64,000 nucleotides of DNA from Candidatus Latescibacterota bacterium (GCA_965222075.1 OZ244937.1:4256001-4320000); one strand, 5' to 3'; shown: positions 29,646-41,353, numbered from the stretch's first letter. The notes: generated by a model from the sequence alone, not told the origin. Made by a program: numbers and translations.

Positions 29646-29716
29646 GGAGTTGCGAGTTTGTTGGGGGACGGAACTTTGAACTTTAAACCGGGGCGGTGCT
29701 GAGAAGGGAGGATAAT

Positions 29717-30718
29717 ATGGCAGACGAGGTGCGGTTTGGCATTGTCGGGCTGGGCATGGGGTTGGGTCGGGCGAAGGTCGCGCTGGAGACAGAGGGGGCG
29801 CGGCTTGTCTGCGTGTGTGATTTGCAGGAGGAGAAGGCGAAGGCGTTTGCGGAGAAAGCCGGGTGTGACTGGACGATGAGCCTGGATGACCTGCTGGGGC
29901 GCGGGGATATCGATGCAGTGGGGATTTTTACCCCCAGCGGCACCCACTGCGACCTGGCGGTACAGGCCCTTCAGGCGGGGAAGCACGCCTTTGTGACCAA
30001 ACCGATGGATATCCAGGTGGAGAAGTGCGATACGGCCATTCGGGCGGCAGAGGAGGCCGGGAAGGTTCTGGCGGTTGATTTTGGCAACCGGTACTCGAAG
30101 ATCAACCAGCAGGTGAAGGCGGCCTTAGACGGGGGGAAGCTGGGGGAGATTTTCCTGGGGGACGTGCGGCTGAAGTGGTTCCGAAAGCAGAACTATTACG
30201 ATGGGGGCTACCCACCCGGATGGCGCAGCCGGAAGGAGACGGAGGGGGGGTCAATCGCCAACCAGGGGGTGCATTACGTGGATCTGATCACCTGGTTTCT
30301 GGGGCCTGTGGTGGAGGTCTACGGCCGGATCGGGACATTGGGACACCGGATTGAAACGGAGGATATCTGTATCGCCCACCTGAGTTATCAGAGCGGCGCG
30401 CTGGGGCTGATTGAGACCACGACCTCGAACTATCCGAGTCTGGGAACGACAGTGGAGATTAGCGGTACGGAAGGTTCTCTGGTGTGGAAGGATAAGGGGA
30501 TCGAGATGTTCCAGACCCGGGATGAGGAGCAGGTGGATGTGGAGGGGATCGAGGTACCGCCCGGGCCGAAGAATATTATCGAGGATATGGTCTCTGCGAT
30601 CACACAGGGTACTCGACCGGCCGTGCCGGGCGAGGAAGGACGCAAATCCGTAGAGATTTTTACGGCGGTCTACGAGTCGGCGCAGAAGGGGAGACCAATC
30701 GTCTTGCATCAGCAATAA
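29717..30718 (+). CDS. Gfo/Idh/MocA family oxidoreductase
   Basis: GIVGLG, TPSG.H, TKP, GG...NQGVH..D. Confidence 0.9.
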   Translation: MADEVRFGIVGLGMGLGRAKVALETEGARLVCVCDLQEEKAKAFAEKAGCDWTMSLDDLLGRGDIDAVGIFTPSGTHCDLAVQALQAGKHAFVTKPMDIQVEKCDTAIRAAEEAGKVLAVDFGNRYSKINQQVKAALDGGKLGEIFLGDVRLKWFRKQNYYDGGYPPGWRSRKETEGGSIANQGVHYVDLITWFLGPVVEVYGRIGTLGHRIETEDICIAHLSYQSGALGLIETTTSNYPSLGTTVEISGTEGSLVWKDKGIEMFQTRDEEQVDVEGIEVPPGPKNIIEDMVSAITQGTRPAVPGEEGRKSVEIFTAVYESAQKGRPIVLHQQ

Positions 30719-30722
30719 AAGC

Positions 30723-30785
30723 AACCACAGATACACGCAGATCAAGGGGGGAAGACATCTTTCCCATCTGTGTGTATCTGTGGTT
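30723..30785. repeat. Imperfect inverted repeat built from ~9-bp units
   Basis: aaccacagatacacgcagat ... atctgtgtgtatctgtggtt. Confidence 0.65.
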
Positions 30786-30802
30786 TCATTCCTGCGAAGT
30801 GT

Positions 30803-32242
30803 ATGATGGCTAAGCAGAACCAACGTCCCAATACCGTGCTCATTACCACCGACCAGCAGCGGGGAGACTGCACGGGGATCGACGGGCATCCGATTTTGGA
30901 GACGCCTCACTTAGACCAGCTCGCGAACGAAGGGGTCTACTTCCCAAAGGCCTACTCGCCCTGTCCGGTCTGCGTGCCGGCGCGGATGGTGATTATGACA
31001 GGGCAGTCGCCTTACAGGATAGGGTACTTTTCGAACTCGAGCCAGGCGCTGGCGCAGACGGAGACCCTGCCCCGGATTCTGGGTAGACTGGGCTATCAGA
31101 CGCAATTGATCGGCAAGGGGCACTTTTCCCCGCAGCGGGCGCGGCTGGGGTTTGACAATACGGTGATCAATGAGTCGGGCCGGTACCGGGAGGGGGACGA
31201 TTACCACCGGTGGCTGATGAAGACGCCTTACGCCGGGCTGGAACGGGCGACGAGCATCGGAAACAACGATGTATTTGCCCGACGGTCGGTGGTTCCGGAG
31301 ACGCACCATGTGAATACGTGGACAGCGAACGAGTGTATCGAGTTCTTAGACCGGCGAGACCCGACCTGTCCCTTTTTTTTGTGGATGTCGTTTTCCCGGC
31401 CGCATTCCCAGTACGATCCGCCGGCGCCTTATGACAGCTGGTACGATTTAGAGGATGTGCCGCCCCCGATCCAGGCACCGAGCGATCATTTCCTGCCGTC
31501 CCAGCTCCGGGAGATGCCCGGGCGGTACGACTGGGACAGGATGTCACCCAAACAGGTCGGGAAGGCGCGGCAGCATTACTTAGGGCAGATTACCCACATC
31601 GACCACCAGATCGGCCGGTTTACCGCGGCGCTCCGGTGGAGGGGGCTGTGGGAGGATACGCTGGTCCTGTTTACGTCGGACCACGGCGATATGATGGGGG
31701 ACTACGGGCTATTTTTCAAGGGCCACTTTTTCGAGGGGTCCGGCCGGGTGCCCATGATCCTGCGGCCCCCGGGGTCCTGGGAGGGAACGATTCCGGCGCA
31801 GTGGTACGAACGGCCGGTGTCGCTGGTCGATGTGCTGCCCACCCTGGTGTCGGCGGCGGGCGAGGTGCCAGATGGCGTGGAGGGGAGTTCGCTGCTGCCC
31901 GCGGTCTGGGGCGAGGACCCGATCGGAGACCGGGTTTTCCACGGGGAGATCGGCAGTATGGAGGCGCGGCACCACTGCCTGACGGACGGGCGGTTCAAGT
32001 ATATGTGGTTCCGGGTGGGAGGCGTGGAGTACCTGTTCGATCTGAAGGAAGATCCGCAGGAGGTGAACAATCTGGCGGGGAACGAGGAGATGCTACGCCC
32101 CTGGCGAAATCAGCTCCTGGAACTCCTGGAGGCCCGGAACGACGACGCGGCGGAAGAGGGGAACCTGGTACCGACCCCGTATGAGCCTACACCTGAAGCA
32201 CAACTGCGGGCGATGGACCCGTTTGGGAGACGGCCATATTAG
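30803..32242 (+). CDS. Sulfatase family hydrolase (Cys-type)
   Basis: DQQR, CVPAR, GKGH, PH, SDHG. Confidence 0.9.
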   Translation: MMAKQNQRPNTVLITTDQQRGDCTGIDGHPILETPHLDQLANEGVYFPKAYSPCPVCVPARMVIMTGQSPYRIGYFSNSSQALAQTETLPRILGRLGYQTQLIGKGHFSPQRARLGFDNTVINESGRYREGDDYHRWLMKTPYAGLERATSIGNNDVFARRSVVPETHHVNTWTANECIEFLDRRDPTCPFFLWMSFSRPHSQYDPPAPYDSWYDLEDVPPPIQAPSDHFLPSQLREMPGRYDWDRMSPKQVGKARQHYLGQITHIDHQIGRFTAALRWRGLWEDTLVLFTSDHGDMMGDYGLFFKGHFFEGSGRVPMILRPPGSWEGTIPAQWYERPVSLVDVLPTLVSAAGEVPDGVEGSSLLPAVWGEDPIGDRVFHGEIGSMEARHHCLTDGRFKYMWFRVGGVEYLFDLKEDPQEVNNLAGNEEMLRPWRNQLLELLEARNDDAAEEGNLVPTPYEPTPEAQLRAMDPFGRRPY

Positions 32243-32339
32243 AAAATATGGCGGAATCTGGCTCAGTGGAACGCCCTGACGAAGGCGCTCCGGGTACGAT
32301 TGTTGCAGGGCCCCCACGCCTGGTGCTGTTGGAGACTAT

Positions 32340-32379
32340 GTCCTGTGGTAAGACGGCGTGCGGAGTCTTACCACAGGAC
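32340..32379. repeat. 15-bp perfect inverted repeat
   Basis: gtcctgtggtaagac-N10-gtcttaccacaggac. Confidence 0.7.
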
Positions 32380-32410
32380 GTTCGATAAAAGGTTCAGGAG
32401 ATTGGGTTTC

Positions 32411-32893
32411 ATGCTGGAAGCGCAACTGGGCAGGTGGTTGACCAGGCGAGGGTGGACCCTGGCGGTGGCTGAGACCACGACGGGAGGGCTGATCAGTTCG
32501 CGGATTGTGGGAGTGCCAGGCAGTTCGGCCTATTTTGATCGGGGAATCGTGGTTTATAGCAAGGCGTCCAAGGTGGAGATGCTGGGGGTGAGCGAGGCGT
32601 TGCTGGAGATGTACGGGGCTGTGAGCGAGGAGACGGCGACCGCGCTGGCCAGGGGGGTGCGGCAGATTAGTGGCGCGACCCTGGGGCTGGCCGAAACCGG
32701 GATCGCAGGTCCCCTGCGGGGGCGCTCGCCCAAACCGATCGGGTTTGCCTGTATTGTTCTGGCCACACCGCAGGACACCCGGTGTGAGGCATTTGTGTTT
32801 GAGGGAGATCGACAGGAGATTCGCGATCAGATTGCAGAGCAGGCCCTGGCGCTGGCTGTTTCCTATGTGGAAGATCGGACCTTTTGCGCTTGA
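32411..32893 (+). CDS. CinA C-terminal/PncC (NMN deamidase)-like protein
   Basis: LAVAE.TTGG, PGSS.YF, GAVS, TGIAGP, F.GDR..IR. Confidence 0.85.
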   Translation: MLEAQLGRWLTRRGWTLAVAETTTGGLISSRIVGVPGSSAYFDRGIVVYSKASKVEMLGVSEALLEMYGAVSEETATALARGVRQISGATLGLAETGIAGPLRGRSPKPIGFACIVLATPQDTRCEAFVFEGDRQEIRDQIAEQALALAVSYVEDRTFCA

Positions 32894-32918
32894 CTTTGAA
32901 TCAGGATTTCTGTAATAT
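32890..32918 (+). promoter_or_regulatory. Sigma70-type promoter of infA
   Basis: TTGACT-17bp-TAATAT. Confidence 0.6.
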
Positions 32919-33081
32919 TATCTGCGGACTGTATCAAGGTCTTCCTTGGTTACCTGTTTATTCAGCGGTTCAAAGGCAAAGATCCGGAGGTTACGGTCTT
33001 TGCCTTTCTGGTTCTGGGAAGAATCGTGGATCGTGGACTGTAGGGAAGGGGAGGGGACGAGTCACAAAAAAAGGAGGGTGT

Positions 33082-33375
33082 ATGGCAAAAGAAGAGAAAG
33101 TGACGCTTGAAGGCATCATCGACGATACCCTGCCCGACGGGCAGTATATCGTTGAAGTTGAAGGAGGACATAAAATTCTCGGGTATTCGTCGGGTAAGAT
33201 GCGCAGGAACAATATCCGGGCTCTGGTCGGCGACCGTGTGACGATTGAGACTTCACCCTACGACCTTAACCGGGGCCGGATTATCTGGCTGCACAAGTTG
33301 CCAGCCACGGATCAACCAGGCTCTGCTCCCCGGAAGGGAGGCGGGCGAGGACGTCCCCGGAAGAGACGCCGCTGA
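33082..33375 (+). CDS. infA: Translation initiation factor IF-1 (with basic C-terminal tail)
   Basis: AAGGAGG RBS; MAKEE...EG...LP, SGKMR...IR...GDRV.IE.SPYDL.RGRI. Confidence 0.9.
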   Translation: MAKEEKVTLEGIIDDTLPDGQYIVEVEGGHKILGYSSGKMRRNNIRALVGDRVTIETSPYDLNRGRIIWLHKLPATDQPGSAPRKGGGRGRPRKRRR

Positions 33376-33556
33376 AGCCACGTTGTGCCGGATGAATTCG
33401 TTTTGATGCCGGGGTGAGAGCGCTATGCTTATCATATAAAATATACATCTGGTCATACGGGTGCATTTTTCCGCTGACCGTATCGCCCAGTTTTGGCTGC
33501 GTTCCGATATTTTATAAGATTTCATCATCAGAAGTTATTCGCTTTGGGGGCGGGTT

Positions 33557-34897
33557 TTAAAACCCGCCCCCAAATTTTTTTGAGCGATAGCGCTCCTTGA
33601 TGGCGTTGAGGTCGTGGATGATCGTGGCCCGCTCCCGGGACAGGCGATTCAGGTAGTACCTGCGTTTGCGCGGCAATACCACGCTTTGCCACAGGGGCCA
33701 TTTTTGTAAGATATGCTCATCGAACAGGAGGGTGACGAGGCCGCTGGTGGGGAGCGTGAGTCCGTAGATGAGGGCGCTTTGGAGGTCCATCAGCAGGCAG
33801 GCGACTCCGACCAGGATCAGGTACCAGAGGGGGAAGAGGACGGCTCCGACCGCCATTTTAACGGTGCCTATGGTTTCGGGCTTGTCACGATAGGGGCGCA
33901 CAAAAAGCCTCGGGAGGTAATAGGGCAGGGCATTGTGGATGAACCCGTAGAGTACAATCGGAGAGGTGAGCAGGGCAAGCAGCAGGCACCCGCCCGGAGG
34001 GGATGACGCTGGCGGGAGGTCGGGGGAGAGACGGAGCCGCCTGAGTTTACGGTGGTGCGCGCACAGACGCTCAGCAAAGGTCCGGACCAGTTCCGGGTCG
34101 GCCTGGGCAAAGTGGTGGACGGCTTGGATGATTTCCTGCTGGGCCTGGAGTTTTCGGCTGAGTTCGGAGGAGTCCGGGATTTCGTCCGCGACGGTGTCGG
34201 TATAGATGGCGGAGAGGTCGTTGATGACGGTTCTTAGGTTGGGGTTGTCGATGTGCCGGGTCAGGGCCGTGAGACGCTCGTGGATCTGCGCGGTCAGGTC
34301 TTGCTCGGCCGCGTTGCGATTTTCATGATAGGCCCTTAGGAAGGGGAGGATTTCGATGGCCTCGCCGAAATGCACAGATACGTCGCTCCGGAAGAGGCCG
34401 GGGTCGGTGTAGGTCAGGCCGACGGGGACGATGCAGACCCCGGTCTGGCCGTCCGCTTCGGCTTCGGTTCTGAGGGCGATGCGCGCAGCGCCCGGTTTCA
34501 GGTCGCGCACTTTGATTTCCGCATGGCTGATGCCTTCGGGGAAGATGACCAGCGAATGTCCATCCCGGAGAGCCCCGCAGGCTGCGCGCAGCATGTCCCG
34601 GTTGCTGTACGTTTTGGACCCTCTGTCCCGGGTGCGGGCAACAGGGATGACGCCGAGCTGTCGCAGAAACCAGGCGTAGAAGGGGTTCTTGAAGAGGGTG
34701 CTTTTTCCGAGGAAACGCGGCACGCTGTCCGGCAGGGTGAGCCCGAGGATGAGGGTGTCGAGCATGACGTTGGGGTGGTTGGCCGCGAAGACGAGGGAAC
34801 GGTCGGACGGGACCCGGTCGTGTCCTCTGACGTCGATCTTGCGGAAGAAGATCCAGAGGGCCAACCGGACGATAGGACGAAGGACGCAGAGGAGCAT
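33557..34897 (-). CDS. Lysophospholipid/glycerol acyltransferase family membrane protein
   Basis: ANHPN..LD, FPEG.SH, IVPVGL. Confidence 0.85.
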   Translation of the reverse strand: MLLCVLRPIVRLALWIFFRKIDVRGHDRVPSDRSLVFAANHPNVMLDTLILGLTLPDSVPRFLGKSTLFKNPFYAWFLRQLGVIPVARTRDRGSKTYSNRDMLRAACGALRDGHSLVIFPEGISHAEIKVRDLKPGAARIALRTEAEADGQTGVCIVPVGLTYTDPGLFRSDVSVHFGEAIEILPFLRAYHENRNAAEQDLTAQIHERLTALTRHIDNPNLRTVINDLSAIYTDTVADEIPDSSELSRKLQAQQEIIQAVHHFAQADPELVRTFAERLCAHHRKLRRLRLSPDLPPASSPPGGCLLLALLTSPIVLYGFIHNALPYYLPRLFVRPYRDKPETIGTVKMAVGAVLFPLWYLILVGVACLLMDLQSALIYGLTLPTSGLVTLLFDEHILQKWPLWQSVVLPRKRRYYLNRLSRERATIIHDLNAIKERYRSKKFGGGF

Positions 34898-35019
34898 GGC
34901 TAAAATCGAATGTCGAATGTTGAGTAAAGGCAGTCGCAAGTCACGGGTCACGGGTCAACCCCAAACCGGAGTTGGGCGGGGGACGCGCGACTTTCGACTC
35001 GTGACTGAATAACGATACG

Positions 35020-36366
<1,347 letters not shown>

Positions 36367-36381
36367 AGAAGGTCTCCGCTT

Positions 36382-38376
36382 CTAATAATTGTGAAAGCCG
36401 TGGCCCGATCCCGGGAACCAGATGATATCCACTACCTGCGCTATGCCGATTCCCACGCAGTACCCCACCACCGTCCCATAAAAAAAGGGCTTCGCGCGTT
36501 CGTAGAGCCGGGGGCCGCCGTAGCGCACGATCAGCAGCTTGGCCGTCCACACCATCAGGATGCTCAGCGCATAATACCTCGGTCCCGTCGTATACTGGAA
36601 CGCCAGCCCCAGCGGGTGCAGCGGCCACCAGGAAAACCATGTTCGCAGCAGCGCCAGCAGCCCCGCCTCGCCCGCGCCTAAGAGCCAGACCCCCAGCTTC
36701 TGTGGGTCAAACACCGTCCTGTCCGCCTCCCCCAGCGACGTCGCCATCCGCCCGAAGATCCCGTGAGGCCCCTGCCACAGCGTCCACGATCGCAGGAACA
36801 GCGCCGAGTGCGTGTAGCAGAAATAGATAATCGCGGCCGCGCACACCGTAAATCCCACCGCAAACGCTAAGAACACCGTCCCACCCACCCACCCTCTTCC
36901 CTGCTTCACTTCCTCCAGCGCCTTTAAATGGTGCGGCATCGTCTGCACCCCCTGCAGCCGGCCCGCCCCGTAAAACGCGCTGCTGTTCAACAGCTCCAGC
37001 GCCGTTAAGTTCCGCGCCGACATCGGCGCCGTCCCCATCACCGCCTTGATCCACCACCCCCCCTTGCCGCCTACGGGCACGAGGTACCCGAACCCGCTCG
37101 CCGCGATATATTTCGCTGCTGTAAAATAAGCGATAAACATCAGCGCCATCTGCATCAGCGCCGTGGCCAGCGTCATCCCCGCCGCCATAAAAAACCCGCA
37201 TATGTACCCCGCACAAACCACAAATCCCACCAGCGCCGTCCGGTAGGAAACCGGCCCCTCTTCGCCCTCCCCGGCCCACGCCTTCCGCCACACATCGGCC
37301 AGGTGCCGCCGCGCCATCCACATCGACCAGACCACCAGCACCGTCATCGCCCCGTGGCTCTCTAAGCTGATAATCTCGCTCCCCTTGGACGGCTGCCCCT
37401 GCAGCCCCACCGTAAGCCCCGTCCGGTTTATCACCCCCACCTTCACCACCGCCAGCAGTCCGAAAAACCAGAAGCTGAACAGCAGGTCTAAGCGGCACAG
37501 GTACCCCAGCCCGATCACCAGTGGGAGCACCCGAAGGTAGACCGGGGGAAAATTCCGCGCCACCGTCATCGCCTTGGTATTCACCGAATCGAACAGCGTA
37601 ATCCGGGGCACCCCCGGATAGAAAAATGGTATGATATTCCAGAAAATGATCCCCGCCGTCCACCCCACCCCCAGCCAGAACACCGGCCGCTTGAAAATCG
37701 TGGGGATGCAGTGCCCCTCGTTGAACCCCTCCGTCATATCTACCGGGAAATTTACCAGCGGATACGTCAGCCGCTCTGCATCCGCCCACTGCCGGTGGAA
37801 AATCGCCGTCACGCAAAACGCCACTCCCGTCATCGCCACACACGCCGAAAACCACCACCACACCGGCATCACCCACCCCCCCCATGGCACCGACTCCCCC
37901 CTGTGCAGCCCGAAGTAGAACCGATCCATAATCTCCGGCACCGGTTCTGGAAACGCCCATGCGGGCAGCTCGTCCAAAATCAGTTCCGCCCACCGGTTCT
38001 CCGGCGTGGCAAAAAAATGGGGCGCTGGAAGGCACCCGATCAGGTAGCCCATCCAGCCCACCCCGGGCATCATGCCCGCCACCCAGGTCATTCCGAATAT
38101 CACCATCAGCTCGGTGCTGGACAGCGCCGTCTGGGGGGCGACCCGGGCGATTGCCATGTTGATCATAATCCAGATCGTGAAGACCAGGATCAGGGATACC
38201 GGGAAGTTCGACTTTACGAGCGAGCCTATATGCAGCACCATCTCTCCCGCGTTCCCGTAGAGCGCGATCCCGGCCGCGGTCAACAGGCCCAGAATGACCG
38301 ACCGTGCGGTAATCGGCCCGGCCTTCCCCGCGGCCGTATCGGTATGCGCCGATTCTTCGGGATATGTGATAGCCAT
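36382..38376 (-). CDS. DUF6785-family polytopic membrane protein (putative transporter)
   Basis: Many TM helices; RQW...ERL.YP, WWPLHPLG, YGG..LY..A.PFF.G. Confidence 0.7.
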   Translation of the reverse strand: MAITYPEESAHTDTAAGKAGPITARSVILGLLTAAGIALYGNAGEMVLHIGSLVKSNFPVSLILVFTIWIMINMAIARVAPQTALSSTELMVIFGMTWVAGMMPGVGWMGYLIGCLPAPHFFATPENRWAELILDELPAWAFPEPVPEIMDRFYFGLHRGESVPWGGWVMPVWWWFSACVAMTGVAFCVTAIFHRQWADAERLTYPLVNFPVDMTEGFNEGHCIPTIFKRPVFWLGVGWTAGIIFWNIIPFFYPGVPRITLFDSVNTKAMTVARNFPPVYLRVLPLVIGLGYLCRLDLLFSFWFFGLLAVVKVGVINRTGLTVGLQGQPSKGSEIISLESHGAMTVLVVWSMWMARRHLADVWRKAWAGEGEEGPVSYRTALVGFVVCAGYICGFFMAAGMTLATALMQMALMFIAYFTAAKYIAASGFGYLVPVGGKGGWWIKAVMGTAPMSARNLTALELLNSSAFYGAGRLQGVQTMPHHLKALEEVKQGRGWVGGTVFLAFAVGFTVCAAAIIYFCYTHSALFLRSWTLWQGPHGIFGRMATSLGEADRTVFDPQKLGVWLLGAGEAGLLALLRTWFSWWPLHPLGLAFQYTTGPRYYALSILMVWTAKLLIVRYGGPRLYERAKPFFYGTVVGYCVGIGIAQVVDIIWFPGSGHGFHNY

Positions 38377-38395
38377 AGGCCCGCTCACCCTCACT

Positions 38396-39226
38396 TTATT
38401 CGCCGGGTACGAACCGTCGTAAATATTGTACCGCCCTGAGTACCGCTGTTTCCTCCGCCTCGGCCTGCTGGCCTTCATAAACAACCGATACCCATCCGTT
38501 GTAGTTCACTTTTTTGAGAATCTCAAAAATTTTCGGATAGTCCAGCCAGGCCTCCTCCCCCGTCTGAATCCGGTAAACCTTCGCCCGCACGTGAACCGCT
38601 AAGGGCGCCGTCTCCTCGATGCTCCCGTAAAAATTCAGCGCCGGATCTTCCTTTCCACCCGCACCCGACGCCCCGGGAGACCCCACATACTGCCCCGTAT
38701 CTAAGATGTGGGAGAAATAGGGATTGTTCACCTCCTCGATAATCCGCCGCACCTCCTTCCCCGTCCGCGTCACGCACCCGTGGTTGTGGTTGTGTAGCCC
38801 CAGCACCACTCCCTTCTCCTCTCCATACGCCGCCACCTTATGCATACAGGGCATCATCCGCGCCCAGACCGCCTCCTCGGGCTCTCCCTCTGGAATCCAC
38901 GCCGCAAAAATACGCACCAGCGGCACCCCCATAAACGCCGCCACATCCACCCACTGTTTCACCTCATCCACCGCCTCCTGAAGTTCCGGCTCCGGCCTCC
39001 CGAAATTGTTGCTCACCCCGATATAAGAAATCGCCAGTCCCCGCTTCAGGCACCGCATCCGGATATCCCGCAAATACGCCGCATCCGTCAACGCAAACGC
39101 CCGCGTATGGATATCGATCCCGTCCAGCCCCAGCTCACAGGCCCTATCGATAAATCGCACCAGATCCATCTCTCCTGCGGCGAACTGATCCTTGTAACTC
39201 AGCGACATGCATCCCAGCTTCATCAT
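38396..39226 (-). CDS. Sugar phosphate isomerase/epimerase (xylose isomerase-like TIM barrel)
   Basis: HNH, LDTG, HV.AK, Y.GW.SV.YEG. Confidence 0.82.
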   Translation of the reverse strand: MMKLGCMSLSYKDQFAAGEMDLVRFIDRACELGLDGIDIHTRAFALTDAAYLRDIRMRCLKRGLAISYIGVSNNFGRPEPELQEAVDEVKQWVDVAAFMGVPLVRIFAAWIPEGEPEEAVWARMMPCMHKVAAYGEEKGVVLGLHNHNHGCVTRTGKEVRRIIEEVNNPYFSHILDTGQYVGSPGASGAGGKEDPALNFYGSIEETAPLAVHVRAKVYRIQTGEEAWLDYPKIFEILKKVNYNGWVSVVYEGQQAEAEETAVLRAVQYLRRFVPGE

Positions 39227-39526
39227 CTCAGATACCTCCCCTATTATCAGGCCAGAGTAAGGGCACGGCATGCCGTGCCCGGTGCGGTCGACTTCTTAGC
39301 CCCAGTCCCACAATCGCCACGCGATACGTCTTTATAAGGTCCCCCAATGATAATGATAAAGACCATGGAGCACAAACCGCTCTGTCGTCCGCTGTGAGAA
39401 TCGAACTTAATACCGGAGTGCTGCCTCGTCAAGCCCAAAACAGAAGGGTTGACATCGGACCCAATCCTGTGCATCATTTTCTGTACCGATTCACGATCCA
39501 CAGTTACTATACCGGCGAACCGAAAA

Positions 39527-40336
39527 GTGAACGAACGGAAAAAAACAAACGCCGAACGCAACGGCCTGCGCCGCCGCATTGCCGAATTGGAAGCATCCGA
39601 AGCCGAGCAAAAGCGGATGGAGGAAGCGCTCCGCAGGAGCGAGGAACGCTACCGTGCCGTGACGGAAACGGCCTTTGCAGGCATCGGCATTACAGATCCG
39701 GACGAAAACATGGTCTTTGTCAACCCCGCCTTCGTCCAGATGCTGGGGTACACCCAGGAAGAACTGGAGGGGGGGTACACCCAGGAAGAACTGGAGGGGA
39801 TGAACCTCTCCCGGTTAACGAACCCGGAGGAGTTCGCCAGATATCAGAAGTTCACACAACAGCGAAAAGAAGGGGTAGAAAATCACTACGAGACCCGTAT
39901 ATACCGCTCCGTGAATGCCGCGCTCACCCTGTCCGAACACACCGTCTTGTCACAGAAAATAGACCTCTGTGTACGCCTGAAAGAAGACCTGCCCCGTGTT
40001 GTCGCCGACCCGACCGAGTTGGAACAGGTGGTGCTCAACCTGTTCAACAACGCCGTAGACGCCATGCCCGACGGAGGGCGTCTGAGCGTCACCACCTCGG
40101 CAGAACACGGGTGGGTCTGTCTCCGGGTAGAAGACACCGGGATGGGCATTCCCGATGGTGATCTGCACAGGGTCTTCGATCCCTTTTTCACAACCAAACA
40201 GGTGGGAGAGGGAACCGGCCTGGGTCTCTCCGTCAGCTACGGAATCATCCAAAAAATGGGCGGTCGCATCGAGGTGCAAAGCAATCAGGGCCGGGGCACA
40301 ACATTTACCGTCATGCTGCCTGTCCAAAGGGGGTGA
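39527..40336 (+). pseudogene. PAS-domain sensor histidine kinase with HisKA (H-box) region deleted
   Basis: PAS N-part joins directly to HATPase (QV..NL..NA.DAM, DTG.GI, FFTTK..G.GTGLGL). No HE..NP H-box. Internal 27-bp duplication. Confidence 0.75.
39746..39799 (+). repeat. Exact 27-bp tandem duplication (GYTQEELEG x2)
   Basis: gggtacacccaggaagaactggagggg repeated twice. Confidence 0.9.
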
Positions 40337-40339
40337 ACC

Positions 40340-41353
40340 TTGTCAAAAGGACACGTTCTGGTCATCGACGATGAACCCACGTTGTTGGAGGCCTGTGAGG
40401 AGACCCTCTCCTATCACGGCTACGATGTCCGCCTGCAGGCCACGGCCCGCGATGGGGTCGAATCGGTCCGGCAGGAGACCTTCGACCTCGTGCTGATCGA
40501 TCTGAGAATGCCCGACACAGACGGCCTGCACATCCTGCGCGAGATCAGGTCCATCGACGAAAACGTGATGACGGTCATGATCACCGGTTTCCCCACCATC
40601 GCCACCGCCGTAGAGGCCGTCAAAGAAGGGGCGTTCGACTACCTGCCCAAGCCGTTTACCCCCGACCAGTTGCTCATCGTGGTGGACCGGGCGCTCTCGC
40701 AAAAACGGCTCACAGAGGAAAACCTGCTGTTGCGCAAAACGCTCAGGTTTCGGCGGGGATTTGCAGGCATGGTGGGCAAGAGCCGCGCCATGGAACGGGT
40801 GATTTCGGCCACCAATGAAAACCTGGAGCAGATGGTCGCCGACGGCCGCTTCCGGGACGACCTCTACTACCGGCTCAACGTCATTACCATCCCCCTGCCC
40901 CCCCTTCGGGAACGGGTGGAAGACATCCCCCTTCTAACAGAGCACGTGCTTAAAAGTCTGAACAGCGAACACAAAAAGTATGTCCAGGGCATATCAAAAG
41001 AGACCATAAATCTCCTGCAGGGCTACGCCTGGCCGGGAAACGTCCGGGAGCTGCAAAACGTGATCGAACGGGCCTTCTTCCTCACCGACGCCGAAGAGAT
41101 CACACCGCTCGACCTGCCCGCCCATCTGACCCGTCAGGAGACGCCGGTCCTGCCTGTGGACACCCAGCTCCCGTTTCCGCAGGCCAAAAGGGCCTATCTT
41201 GAGCCCTTTGAGCGGGAGTACCTGGCAAAACTCCTGCTGGACTGTGGGGGTAACGTGTCCCGGGCGGTCGAACGCGCACAGGTACACCGTTCTTCCTTTC
41301 AGCGCCTGTTGAAAAAGCACGGCATCCGCCCCAGGGATTACCGGGGCGCTTGA
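40340..41353 (+). pseudogene. NtrC-family sigma54 response regulator with most of the AAA+ domain deleted
   Basis: REC domain intact. VGKS.AM.RV runs straight into ISATN..L...V..G.FR.DLYYRL; no Walker A, GAFTGA or Walker B. WPGNVREL and Fis-type HTH present. Confidence 0.8.

Noticed and set aside
32248-32302. tRNA-like fragment (tggctcagtgg … gggtacgatt)
   Set aside because: No acceptor or anticodon stem and no TTCRA loop; cannot fold as a cloverleaf
33425-33460. AT-rich segment containing atgtatatt (minus strand) as a dif candidate
   Set aside because: Only the central hexamer matches; both arms are poor
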